Of a stretch of DNA of 61,010 bases, positions 1-7,071 are shown piece after piece. The DNA lies in the IMG/VR virus record IMGVR_UViG_3300042465_004246, positions 1 through 61,010 of that record, one strand, 5' to 3'. The notes under the pieces are model-generated. The model was not told the origin of the DNA. It made no database searches and saw only the letters and a program-made list of their open reading frames with translations. The position numbers were made by a program, and so were the translations under genes. Each line of letters opens with the position of its first letter. Positions within the stretch are counted from its first letter, which is position 1. The DNA is from a virus. Its lineage: Duplodnaviria > Caudoviricetes.

Positions 1-234
1 TCAACCTTGAGCAAATTTTAGTCGTTATCTCAGATATCTCACGGATCACCTCTGTAATATTGTCGGCACTGTCGATAATATTGTCAGCGTTGTCAATTAT
101 AGACTCAGCCAACACAATTGCCGTTGTGGTTCCGTCTCCAGCAACAACAGCAGTGCGATCAGCTGCCTGTCGCATCATCATTACAGCTAAATTTTCAGTG
201 GGATCGTACAGATTGATCGACCTAGCGACCGTTA
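1..234. repeat. Terminal direct repeat, copy 1 (circular assembly overlap)
   Basis: Matches 60777-61010 except at positions 44 and 107; lies inside groEL. Confidence 0.97.
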
Positions 235-400
235 CACCGTCCTTTGTGACAGTTATGCCGCCAATGTGGTTCTCGGACTCTATTAGTACCGTCCTGCCTC
301 TTGCACCCATGGTGCTCTTGACCGCCCCAGCAATCTTTTTGATGCCAGACTTTAGTTTTTTTTGGCCGTCATCGCCAAAGTGAATCTCTTTTACTATCAT
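1..400 (-). CDS. groEL: Chaperonin GroEL, 5' part; continues across the join to 59608 (about 522 aa in total)
   Basis: Manual translation from ATG 400: MIVKEIHFGDDGQKKLKSGIKKIAGAVKSTMGARGRTVLIE...ITVTKDGVTVARSI...AGDGTTTA, a GroEL N-terminus in frame with ORF 59608..60957. Confidence 0.95.
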   Translation of the reverse strand, partial: MIVKEIHFGDDGQKKLKSGIKKIAGAVKSTMGARGRTVLIESENHIGGITVTKDGVTVARSINLYDPTENLAVMMMRQAADRTAVVAGDGTTTAIVLAESIIDNADNIIDSADNITEVIREISEITTKICSRL

Positions 401-417
401 TTAATTTAATTTTAATA

Positions 418-425
418 CAAATATA
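418..425 (-). promoter_or_regulatory. Bacteroidota -7 promoter box (TATATTTG) for groEL-groES
   Basis: TAnnTTTG consensus just upstream of the groEL ATG. Confidence 0.75.
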
Positions 426-437
426 GCAATAATCGTG

Positions 438-1397
438 CTACGGTTTCTTTAACTTTGAAATTTGAGACTCAATTGTGTTACGATTCGCTGCATTATTGAA
501 CATACTTGAGTAAGCCTTCATCTCGTCTTGTTTCGCCTGATACTTATCAAATTCCTTGTTGTATTTTTTTTGTGCCTTAAGTTCTTTAAATCCGCTTGCC
601 CCTTGAAAAATAATTCTTCCGCTTTCGTCTTTATCTAATTCGTCTGTTTTACTGTAACCAGTCAGTTTTTGTACAATTTTTGCTCCAATAGGTGTAACCT
701 CATTACGCCTAATTCCAAACATTTTTGCATTGCTTGTGCCAACAGTTACTCCTAAATCCCTTCCCTTGTTATACTTAATTACAGGACGTGAAGCTATAGG
801 AGTAGATGATGTATATTCAGGAGATTTCTCTAACTCACCTTGAATCTCTTGCTTCTCTGTCTTTATTAGTCCTGCTTTTTTAATAGGCATTTTTGAAAGA
901 GTCATATCCTCCTTTGGCTTAGTAACTACAGTAGTTTTTGCTATAGTTTCTTTTGGTGTTACTGCAACAACTTTAGGGGTCACGCTTTTTTTAGTTTTAG
1001 AAGGATCGATTACCTGCTTTGGCTTAACTGGCTTTTTTAAGATTGCACCAGGTCTTCCAGAACCACTTGTCCAGTTTTGAGAGGTGGGATCTGTCATGTT
1101 TGTAAATCGCTCCATGAATTGAGCGTCCGTCTCATACGATCCAACATGCGTTATACTGTCCTTTAATTGGTTAGATGCAAACTTATCCTGTAATGCGTAA
1201 ACCTTTTTTTGATCTGCTGGGTTTAATCTTCTAAGCTTACCAAATCCACCCTCACCAAAATATTTATTTTTATTTGGTAATTCTTTAAACTCTTTGTTTA
1301 ATCTTTCGTATTGAGTAGAGTCAGCCTGATACTTTTTATAATCACTAGGTGGTGGTGTTGTGATAGAAGTCGTTCTACCTGTTTTCATCTTTGCCAT
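438..1397 (-). CDS. Hypothetical basic K/T/P-rich protein (319 aa)
   Basis: Long ORF on the late-arm strand; no motif recognised. Confidence 0.8.
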   Translation of the reverse strand: MAKMKTGRTTSITTPPPSDYKKYQADSTQYERLNKEFKELPNKNKYFGEGGFGKLRRLNPADQKKVYALQDKFASNQLKDSITHVGSYETDAQFMERFTNMTDPTSQNWTSGSGRPGAILKKPVKPKQVIDPSKTKKSVTPKVVAVTPKETIAKTTVVTKPKEDMTLSKMPIKKAGLIKTEKQEIQGELEKSPEYTSSTPIASRPVIKYNKGRDLGVTVGTSNAKMFGIRRNEVTPIGAKIVQKLTGYSKTDELDKDESGRIIFQGASGFKELKAQKKYNKEFDKYQAKQDEMKAYSSMFNNAANRNTIESQISKLKKP

Positions 1398-1525
1398 AAT
1401 ACTGTTATTTTTATTATTAATATGTTAATCTCTAACTGATACTCGTCAAACATTTCGTCTGGTTGGAATAACTCAAACCCTAAATTAATGCCGTACCAAA
1501 ATCTATTTTCAAATAGTATACTCAT
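1385..1525 (-). CDS. Small hypothetical protein (46 aa, MSILFENRFWYGINLGFELF...)
   Basis: Manual translation; lies just downstream of a TATATTTG box at 1530-1537. Confidence 0.55.
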   Translation of the reverse strand: MSILFENRFWYGINLGFELFQPDEMFDEYQLEINILIIKITVLWQR

Positions 1526-1556
1526 GATGCAAATATACTAATTACTTTTAATATGT

Positions 1557-1955
1557 TTATTGTTTCCAAGGATCAAAATTGCTCCAATCTCTTGGGGGGT
1601 TTTGTTTCTTCCATTTTCTGTTCTGGATTTCACCATTTATTATCGCTCCAGCTACGCCTACAACAGCACCTGCATTTGCAGCGATTAGAGCATTATCCGC
1701 AGTCAACCATTTTTTCTTTTCCTTCACAGCCTTCTTTGGCAGCTGCTTAGGATAGATTCGTTTACCCATTTGGTTGGCCCGTAGCAAATCCTTTCCAGTT
1801 TGTGAAGGAGAAACAGTCTTTAATGATAATGGTTTAGCATTAGCCCTAACAGTAACCTCAGGTAGATCCTTAAACATAGTAATTTTAGGCTCTGGAGTTC
1901 TAGATAGCGGTGTGTCACGATGTGTTGTTGTGTTTATTGTTCTTCCGTAGTTCAT
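1557..1955 (-). CDS. Hypothetical basic protein with hydrophobic Ala/Gly segment
   Basis: ORF track; ATGA overlap with the upstream ORF. Confidence 0.75.
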   Translation of the reverse strand: MNYGRTINTTTHRDTPLSRTPEPKITMFKDLPEVTVRANAKPLSLKTVSPSQTGKDLLRANQMGKRIYPKQLPKKAVKEKKKWLTADNALIAANAGAVVGVAGAIINGEIQNRKWKKQNPPRDWSNFDPWKQ

Positions 1956-2194
1956 AACTTTGATTTTAACTTTTCTTTGGGATCTGGGCGAGGTGGCATT
2001 TTTGGGGTAAGTCTTTCAGCTTTTTCTTTAGCAAGTCTTTCAGCTTCACGTTTAGCATCATTCTCTGCTTTGAATTGTTCTGCTGACTTTCCTTTTAAAC
2101 GATCAATGTCCTTATTTTTAAATGGTATAGAATCATAGTTTGGCCGATTCAATCGATCGTCTGTTGTTTTTGTTGTTAAACGGTTATTTCTCAT
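1952..2194 (-). CDS. Hypothetical basic protein (80 aa)
   Basis: ORF follows a TATATTTG box at 2214-2221. Confidence 0.75.
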   Translation of the reverse strand: MRNNRLTTKTTDDRLNRPNYDSIPFKNKDIDRLKGKSAEQFKAENDAKREAERLAKEKAERLTPKMPPRPDPKEKLKSKL

Positions 2195-2213
2195 GGTTTA
2201 TATATTTATATTG

Positions 2214-2221
2214 CAAATATA
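2214..2221 (-). promoter_or_regulatory. -7 promoter box at the head of the leftward arm
   Basis: Reverse complement TATATTTG upstream of ATG 2194. Confidence 0.7.
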
Positions 2222-2739
2222 CTAAATATTTAGAACTTGTGGGTAATATATACGTTTGACGATGAGCTGGCCAAAAGGAAAACGATTTAAAAATCGATGG
2301 GGGGGGTCTGCTTTTCAAACTTTTGGTCGGGGATTTCTAGCTTTTCATAGGCAACCCCCTCACACCCTTGCTACCTATTGGCCGATAGGTCGGCACGTCA
2401 GCTACACGTCACCTCAGCCGACAGAACGACATATTAATCTGCTACCAAATATGCGTGTAGTATAATTTACATTATGTTAAATAGAACGACCAATCGGTCG
2501 GCTGATCGGCTGATCATCTGACCCGAAAATCTGCACGGAAATTTCATCAGCTAGACTTACTGACTAAGGAGGCTAACCCAATCCAACATAAAAAACAACA
2601 AATATTAATAATTTAATGAAAAAAAAATAAACTACTTAACTATCAAACAATCAATACTTTACGAGCATATATTGGTGGGTTTAGATAAAGAAAATGAAAA
2701 AAAATGAAAAAAAATGCAACTTTATTGTAACATTATATA

Positions 2740-2747
2740 TATATTTG
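2740..2747 (+). promoter_or_regulatory. -7 promoter box of the early rightward transcript
   Basis: TATATTTG preceded by A-tracts (2691-2716); first such box before the + strand gene array. Confidence 0.75.
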
Positions 2748-2821
2748 CGTTATAGTATTCAGAGAGGCAAGAGAGCCTTGATTGATTAAAGACTTATTGG
2801 AAAGGTACACGATGCAAAAGA

Positions 2822-2995
2822 GTATATGTAGAGGGTATGAATGTCGTTAGGTTATGGGTAGACATAAATAGATGTTCAGAGAGTGTTACATAAAGGGTGA
2901 TTGCAAGACAAAAACGATAGGGGAGAAAGGTGTTAACGCTTCCGCCAAAACAAAACAAATAACCTACTTGTGAGGGTTCGATTCCCTCTATATAA
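2822..2995 (+). ncRNA. tRNA-like structured RNA with about 100 nt inserted in place of the anticodon loop
   Basis: T-arm GAGGG-TTCGATT-CCCTC (2972-2988); TAGGTTAT (2848-2855) pairs with ATAACCTA (2959-2966); TATATG (2823-2828) pairs with TATATA (2989-2994). Confidence 0.5.
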
Positions 2996-3019
2996 ATGTG
3001 GTGCAAGTAACAACAATAA

Positions 3020-3066
3020 GGTGCAGTTAGAATGACTATTAATAGGAGCGATACCTACTGCACCAC
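3020..3066 (+). ncRNA. Mini tRNA-like element (7-bp acceptor-like stem plus T-arm-like hairpin)
   Basis: GGTGCAG (3020-3026) pairs with CTGCACC (3058-3064), stacked on TAGG-AGCGATA-CCTA (3043-3057). Confidence 0.45.
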
Positions 3067-3089
3067 TAACCAATAAAAACCTAGAAACC

Positions 3090-3200
3090 ATGATTGAAAG
3101 TAAAATCATCAGAATCGAGAACGGCTATGAAATAATCGGCTATTTCTTAAACAAAGTATTAATCAAAACATCCCGAATGAAAGTAAGGGGATGGAAATAA
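3090..3200 (+). CDS. Small early protein (36 aa)
   Basis: Manual translation; starts at the junction motif. Confidence 0.65.
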   Translation: MIESKIIRIENGYEIIGYFLNKVLIKTSRMKVRGWK

Positions 3201-3212
3201 ACAAATAACAAT

Positions 3213-3356
3213 ATGAATGCAACAATCCAATTCACAACTGCATACGGGAAGTATGTTGTTATGACTCGTAATTTTAACGATGAAAATCATATGAATAATT
3301 TTATATCTTATGTAAGTAAGAAGTATAGCTACACCTTTGACGAGGTTTGGTATTAA
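3213..3356 (+). CDS. Small early protein (47 aa)
   Basis: Manual translation MNATIQFTTAYGKYVVM...; A-rich leader. Confidence 0.65.
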   Translation: MNATIQFTTAYGKYVVMTRNFNDENHMNNFISYVSKKYSYTFDEVWY

Positions 3357-3379
3357 CAACAATTTAAACCCTAGAAATT

Positions 3380-3547
3380 ATGAAAACTCACGAAAACAAA
3401 AACAAAACAAAACGCATTTGGTATGATACACGTTTAAGACTTTGGACTCTTCAAGATTTAGATAGTCAAGAAAATCAAATTGGAAACGTGGACTATTCCG
3501 TTGATAGAAAAAATGCTTTTGAATGGCTGAAAGAAGAAAGTAAATAA
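3380..3547 (+). CDS. Small early protein (55 aa)
   Basis: Manual translation MKTHENKNKTKRIWYD...; starts at the junction motif. Confidence 0.7.
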   Translation: MKTHENKNKTKRIWYDTRLRLWTLQDLDSQENQIGNVDYSVDRKNAFEWLKEESK

Positions 3548-3573
3548 ATTAACCAACCTAAACCCTAGAAATT

Positions 3574-3756
3574 ATGAACGATAAAATGTATAATGTATAT
3601 TACATAGACCAATTATATGGTGGTAAAGATGAGTATGAAATTACAACAAGTAATTTTAATCAATGGCTACAAAAAATAAATGCCGATAGAGAGGCAGATG
3701 GAGAAATTCCATACACTGAATGTGAATTTAGATTAGAAGAAATATTAACCAACTAA
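3574..3756 (+). CDS. Small early protein (60 aa)
   Basis: ORF bounded by junction motifs. Confidence 0.8.
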   Translation: MNDKMYNVYYIDQLYGGKDEYEITTSNFNQWLQKINADREADGEIPYTECEFRLEEILTN

Positions 3757-3768
3757 ACCATAGAAAAA

Positions 3769-3963
3769 ATGAACGGAACAATCAGAACAACAACAATCAC
3801 TGAGCAATTAAAACGCAATCAAAACTTTGTCGGCATCAACGATTTTAAACATCCTGTAACACAGGAAATAATACCTGTTGATAGAGACAAGCTAACAGAC
3901 CTATTAAAGTACGAGGAGGGTCACTTGATTCGATTCAAGAAAGAAATGTTTCACAAAGGTTAA
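3769..3963 (+). CDS. Small early protein (64 aa)
   Basis: Starts at the motif; its stop codon lies in hammerhead stem I. Confidence 0.8.
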   Translation: MNGTIRTTTITEQLKRNQNFVGINDFKHPVTQEIIPVDRDKLTDLLKYEEGHLIRFKKEMFHKG

Positions 3964-4013
3964 CTGACGAGTCTTAACTAGACGAAACGGCATCACAAGG
4001 TGCCGTCTTAACC
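3958..4013 (+). ncRNA. Hammerhead ribozyme, type I
   Basis: Stem I GGTTAA/TTAACC; core CTGACGA (3964-3970); stem II GTCT-TAACT-AGAC; GAAA (3984-3987); stem III ACGGCATC-ACAA-GGTGCCGT; GTC cleavage triplet ending at C4007. Confidence 0.93.
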
Positions 4014-4030
4014 AATTAAAACCTTACACA

Positions 4031-4144
4031 ATGGAAAAATTAATGTTTGGCTTGGCTATTTTCTTAGGAGGTGGCCTTGCAATTACTTTGCTATCTACGA
4101 TAGTGATTCTTGTTATTGACGGATTCCCAACTCTATCAATATGA
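4031..4144 (+). CDS. Small single-TM membrane peptide (37 aa)
   Basis: MEKLMFGLAIFLGGGLAITLLSTIVILVIDGFPTLSI; ATGA overlap with the next gene. Confidence 0.7.
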   Translation: MEKLMFGLAIFLGGGLAITLLSTIVILVIDGFPTLSI

Positions 4145-4407
4145 AAGTACTAATCAGCAGTAGCTACGGCTTCGACCACAACTGGACGTTGTGTGTTGAC
4201 GAAAAAGAATTCTACCTTGGGCAAGACGTAAAGTTTTGCTCAAGGGTATTGGGCATGTCTCCATCCTATATCGTACAACAAATAGGAAGCGGTGAACTTG
4301 AAGACCCAAAAATAAACACGAGACTTGCAAAATTTATTGTGAAGTCATTAGGATTAACCAAGAAAAAATTATTAACCATGAACACGTGGGAATTATGTTC
4401 CCAATAA
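4141..4407 (+). CDS. Hypothetical early protein (88 aa)
   Basis: ORF track; stop codon begins a junction motif. Confidence 0.8.
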   Translation: MKVLISSSYGFDHNWTLCVDEKEFYLGQDVKFCSRVLGMSPSYIVQQIGSGELEDPKINTRLAKFIVKSLGLTKKKLLTMNTWELCSQ

Positions 4408-4421
4408 AAACCTTAGAACTT

Positions 4422-4676
4422 ATGTCAAAAGAAAAATTGTATCGAAATAAAAATGGAGAGTATCTATACCTATTCAATTGGATAGGTGGTGGATTCAACG
4501 ATGAGTGGGGACTTAACAAAAGAGAGGCCATTAAAAAAGTAATGAAAGAACGAAGAGAGGGCGAATTAAAATACCCTAGCCACGTGAAATTAAGAATCAA
4601 TTTAAAAACAATGAGGCGTTGTACCTATAGCGAATACCAAGCCCAAAATAGAATGGGATGGATGTTAACAATGTAA
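4422..4676 (+). CDS. Hypothetical early protein (84 aa)
   Basis: Start moved from 4386 to the motif ATG at 4422. Confidence 0.8.
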   Translation: MSKEKLYRNKNGEYLYLFNWIGGGFNDEWGLNKREAIKKVMKERREGELKYPSHVKLRINLKTMRRCTYSEYQAQNRMGWMLTM

Positions 4677-4688
4677 AACCTAGAACTT

Positions 4689-4907
4689 ATGAAAACAATT
4701 ATTTTTATGTGGTACTTAATGACAGGTACTATTGTCCCTCAAAAAGAGGTTGACGGCCGTATGACCTACCGAGTAGAGTTTAATTCTCTTACAGAAATAA
4801 CGGAGGGGAATCAAACCTTTATCGGAACAAATGTAGATTATGCATACAAAGGAGAAATTCTACAATGGATAGAAACAAATGAATTTAAGTATAACGAAGA
4901 ACTTTAA
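4689..4907 (+). CDS. Hypothetical early protein (72 aa)
   Basis: Bounded by junction motifs. Confidence 0.8.
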   Translation: MKTIIFMWYLMTGTIVPQKEVDGRMTYRVEFNSLTEITEGNQTFIGTNVDYAYKGEILQWIETNEFKYNEEL

Positions 4908-4920
4908 AAACCTAGAACTT

Positions 4921-5178
4921 ATGGAAAGATATGCAAGAAAATGTGATGCTACGGGACGTGGTATGAACGAGGGTTATGTTGTTGGTGATGGAGAATTATA
5001 TTTCTCTGAGGAGCAACACGTAATAGATTGGATAAGAAGTCGTGGTGGTACTCACGGCCTATCTAACGAGTACATACTTAACGAAGCGTATAACTTAGAG
5101 GAGTACTACTACACGGAGTGGGAAGAGATTGACGAGGACCTATATTATGACGAGGATGGAAACGAATATGAACTTTAA
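4921..5178 (+). CDS. Acidic early protein (85 aa)
   Basis: Start moved to the motif ATG at 4921; D/E/Y-rich C-terminus. Confidence 0.8.
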   Translation: MERYARKCDATGRGMNEGYVVGDGELYFSEEQHVIDWIRSRGGTHGLSNEYILNEAYNLEEYYYTEWEEIDEDLYYDEDGNEYEL

Positions 5179-5190
5179 AACTTAGAACTT

Positions 5191-5397
5191 ATGAGAACAA
5201 TAAAAATAGGAGACTTCCTAACATTAAACAGAGATGTAATAATAGCTTACGACCATTCTGTAAAGTCTGAAAAAATTAACAAGGGCGACAAGCTAGAAGT
5301 AATATCAATCAGTCCTAACAACAATGAATTTTTAAGATTGAAAAAGGATGGCGTGTCTAACAACATTGGATTAACAACAGATTATTTTAACCTATAA
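5191..5397 (+). CDS. Hypothetical early protein, possibly SH3-like
   Basis: Bounded by motifs; IKIGD...KGDKLEVISI pattern. Confidence 0.75.
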   Translation: MRTIKIGDFLTLNRDVIIAYDHSVKSEKINKGDKLEVISISPNNNEFLRLKKDGVSNNIGLTTDYFNL

Positions 5398-5409
5398 AAC
5401 CTAGAACTT

Positions 5410-5634
5410 ATGAGAGTAATTAGAATCAACACATCAGCTTGGTCAGAAGAGGACTTCTACCTAGTAACAACACTTGACGACCAAGATATCGTTGAGGTAA
5501 TAAACCCACTTGTAAACGCAGAGAGGGACGGATACGAGCAGTACGACAACGATAGCTTGTTACAAGCACTGAAAGACAGATTTCCTTGTGACCATGTGGA
5601 CATGTACACTGAATTTGACAAGCTAACATTTTAG
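5410..5634 (+). CDS. Acidic early protein (74 aa)
   Basis: Bounded by motifs. Confidence 0.8.
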   Translation: MRVIRINTSAWSEEDFYLVTTLDDQDIVEVINPLVNAERDGYEQYDNDSLLQALKDRFPCDHVDMYTEFDKLTF

Positions 5635-5639
5635 AACTT

Positions 5640-5861
5640 ATGAAAATGTATAAACTAATGGAGAGTGATGGAATGGGATATTTCAATACTCACACAGAAT
5701 GGCTAACTTGGGAAGAGGCTGTATCAATGCGTGAAGAACACGTCAAGGATTTCCCCGACTCAGATTGGATTATAGAGGATGATGATTGTGAACCACAACA
5801 AGAAGAACGTTATTACGATGAGAATGCGTGCGATGGATGGGAGGACATCTACCCACTATGA
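5640..5861 (+). CDS. Very acidic early protein (73 aa)
   Basis: 22 D/E versus 5 K/R by my count. Confidence 0.8.
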   Translation: MKMYKLMESDGMGYFNTHTEWLTWEEAVSMREEHVKDFPDSDWIIEDDDCEPQQEERYYDENACDGWEDIYPL

Positions 5862-6034
5862 GAACAACTAGACAAATGACCCTAGACTTTTTAGAAAAGC
5901 AGAGGGACTTAGACGACAGGTCGACATTCCAACTATACCTAATAATAGAGACGATGACCTCGTTGATAGAAGACAAAGACCTACAAGAAATACAAACCAC
6001 ATTTAAAAACCTAAAACCATGTACAGAACAATAG
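5858..6034 (+). CDS. Hypothetical early protein (58 aa)
   Basis: ATGA-coupled start at 5858. Confidence 0.65.
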   Translation: MRTTRQMTLDFLEKQRDLDDRSTFQLYLIIETMTSLIEDKDLQEIQTTFKNLKPCTEQ

Positions 6035-6156
6035 ACCAATTGACCGAAGACGAGTTGCTTGAATTATCCGACAGAGAGGGTATGACAATCGACCAATTAA
6101 AAGATGAATTCAGCTCGACAATATTTGTTGAGGAAGATTTTTTTTGTAACCTATAA
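6019..6156 (+). CDS. Small acidic protein (45 aa)
   Basis: Manual translation MYRTIDQLTEDELLELSD...; degenerate motif upstream. Confidence 0.7.
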   Translation: MYRTIDQLTEDELLELSDREGMTIDQLKDEFSSTIFVEEDFFCNL

Positions 6157-6167
6157 ACCAACATAAA

Positions 6168-6407
6168 ATGACAAGAGAACAAATAATGCAAACGGGAGGA
6201 AAGTTCTTCTCATTGACGTTCATCAAGAAAGATGGAACAGCCAGAAAAATTACTGCGAGAATCGGAGTAAGAAAAAACATCAAGGGTGTAGGACTATCGT
6301 TCAATCCATCAGACCACGGGTTGATTGTCGTGTACGACATCCACAAGAGAGCCTACAGAATGATAAACCTAAACACTATTGTGCTAACAAATGTTGGTTT
6401 ATGTTGA
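6168..6407 (+). CDS. WYL-like/SH3-barrel (DUF2693-like) protein
   Basis: FSLTFIKKDGTARK...VYDIHKRAYRMI matches the F.KKDG..R...Y.D.....R pattern. Confidence 0.7.
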   Translation: MTREQIMQTGGKFFSLTFIKKDGTARKITARIGVRKNIKGVGLSFNPSDHGLIVVYDIHKRAYRMINLNTIVLTNVGLC

Positions 6408-6659
6408 TTTAATGTTGATTTTTTTCACTTAAAAAACTATTTATCAATATGTTATGTTGGAATGTTGATTTTTCACCCAAAACTAGCGTAGAAAAAATAA
6501 CCATAGTATATGTACTATTATATATATATATATTTTTTTTTCATTCTATAGAGTAAAAATTAACATTCTAACATTAACCTAGCTACCATAAGGGATTCAA
6601 CTATGTTGATTTCATTTCAACTTAACATTTTTTATTCATTTCTAACATTCTTAACATTA
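6389..6659. other. Putative replication origin (iteron-like ATGTT(G)/AACAT repeats around a TA/T tract)
   Basis: Non-coding gap with many ATGTT on the left, many AACAT on the right, and (TA)n plus poly-T at about 6515-6541. Confidence 0.6.
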
Positions 6660-6919
6660 TGAAAGCAACAATCTATCCAACCTTGAGGTGCGTAGACATT
6701 ACGCACGGGGTTGAAACGCAGACAATTTATTTTAATCAGTTAGACGAATGGTCGTCAGTAACAATCAACGGCCAAGATATCGACCTACACTTCGACTATG
6801 AGTTACGCTCAGATTTCGGAACGAAGTTACAATGGCTGAGTCACATCATCCAAGCCTATAGTTCGACAGACTCAGAATACACGAAACAATTAATAACTAA
6901 AACAGAAGTAGAAATATGA
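6659..6919 (+). CDS. Hypothetical protein (86 aa)
   Basis: ORF track. Confidence 0.75.
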   Translation: MKATIYPTLRCVDITHGVETQTIYFNQLDEWSSVTINGQDIDLHFDYELRSDFGTKLQWLSHIIQAYSSTDSEYTKQLITKTEVEI

Positions 6920-7071
6920 AGCAATACCACATATGCTACTACATAAGCGACATCTTGTGTACGGGCATAACAATTGAAGCGTCAAGTATCCGTGACGCAT
7001 TACGAAAGGTCGGAACGAATATTAACAACATAATTTACATACATGCTAAAGACCAAAGTTACGAGGGATGA
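6916..7071 (+). CDS. Small hypothetical protein (51 aa)
   Basis: Manual translation; ATGA overlap. Confidence 0.6.
   Translation: MKQYHICYYISDILCTGITIEASSIRDALRKVGTNINNIIYIHAKDQSYEG

Larger units (their letters stand above)
3074..6170 (+). repeat. Dispersed junction motif TAAAA(A)C(C/T)TAGAA(C/A)TTATG, about 13 copies
   Basis: Copies ending in start codons at 3090, 3380, 3574, 3769, 4422, 4689, 4921, 5191, 5410, 5640; degenerate copies at 4031, 6019, 6168. Confidence 0.9.

Noticed and set aside
1-234. Biological direct terminal repeat
   Set aside because: It falls mid-groEL, which fits an assembly overlap of a circular or permuted sequence better than a true terminal repeat.
60-383. 107-aa + strand ORF and the many other antisense ORFs in the track (e.g. 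21330-21749, 47702-48229)
   Set aside because: They are reverse-strand shadows of well-supported genes, with no start context or motifs.
2256-2465. 69-aa ORF in the divergence region
   Set aside because: Atypical composition, non-ATG first codon in the track, no promoter or leader; region looks non-coding.
2822-2995. Canonical tRNA or tmRNA gene
   Set aside because: No 7-nt anticodon loop, no proper D-stem, no CCA, no G3-U70 pair and no evident tag reading frame; kept only as tRNA-like.
3074-6170. CRISPR array
   Set aside because: Repeats are only about 18 nt and degenerate, spacers are 110-380-nt ORFs, and there are no cas genes.
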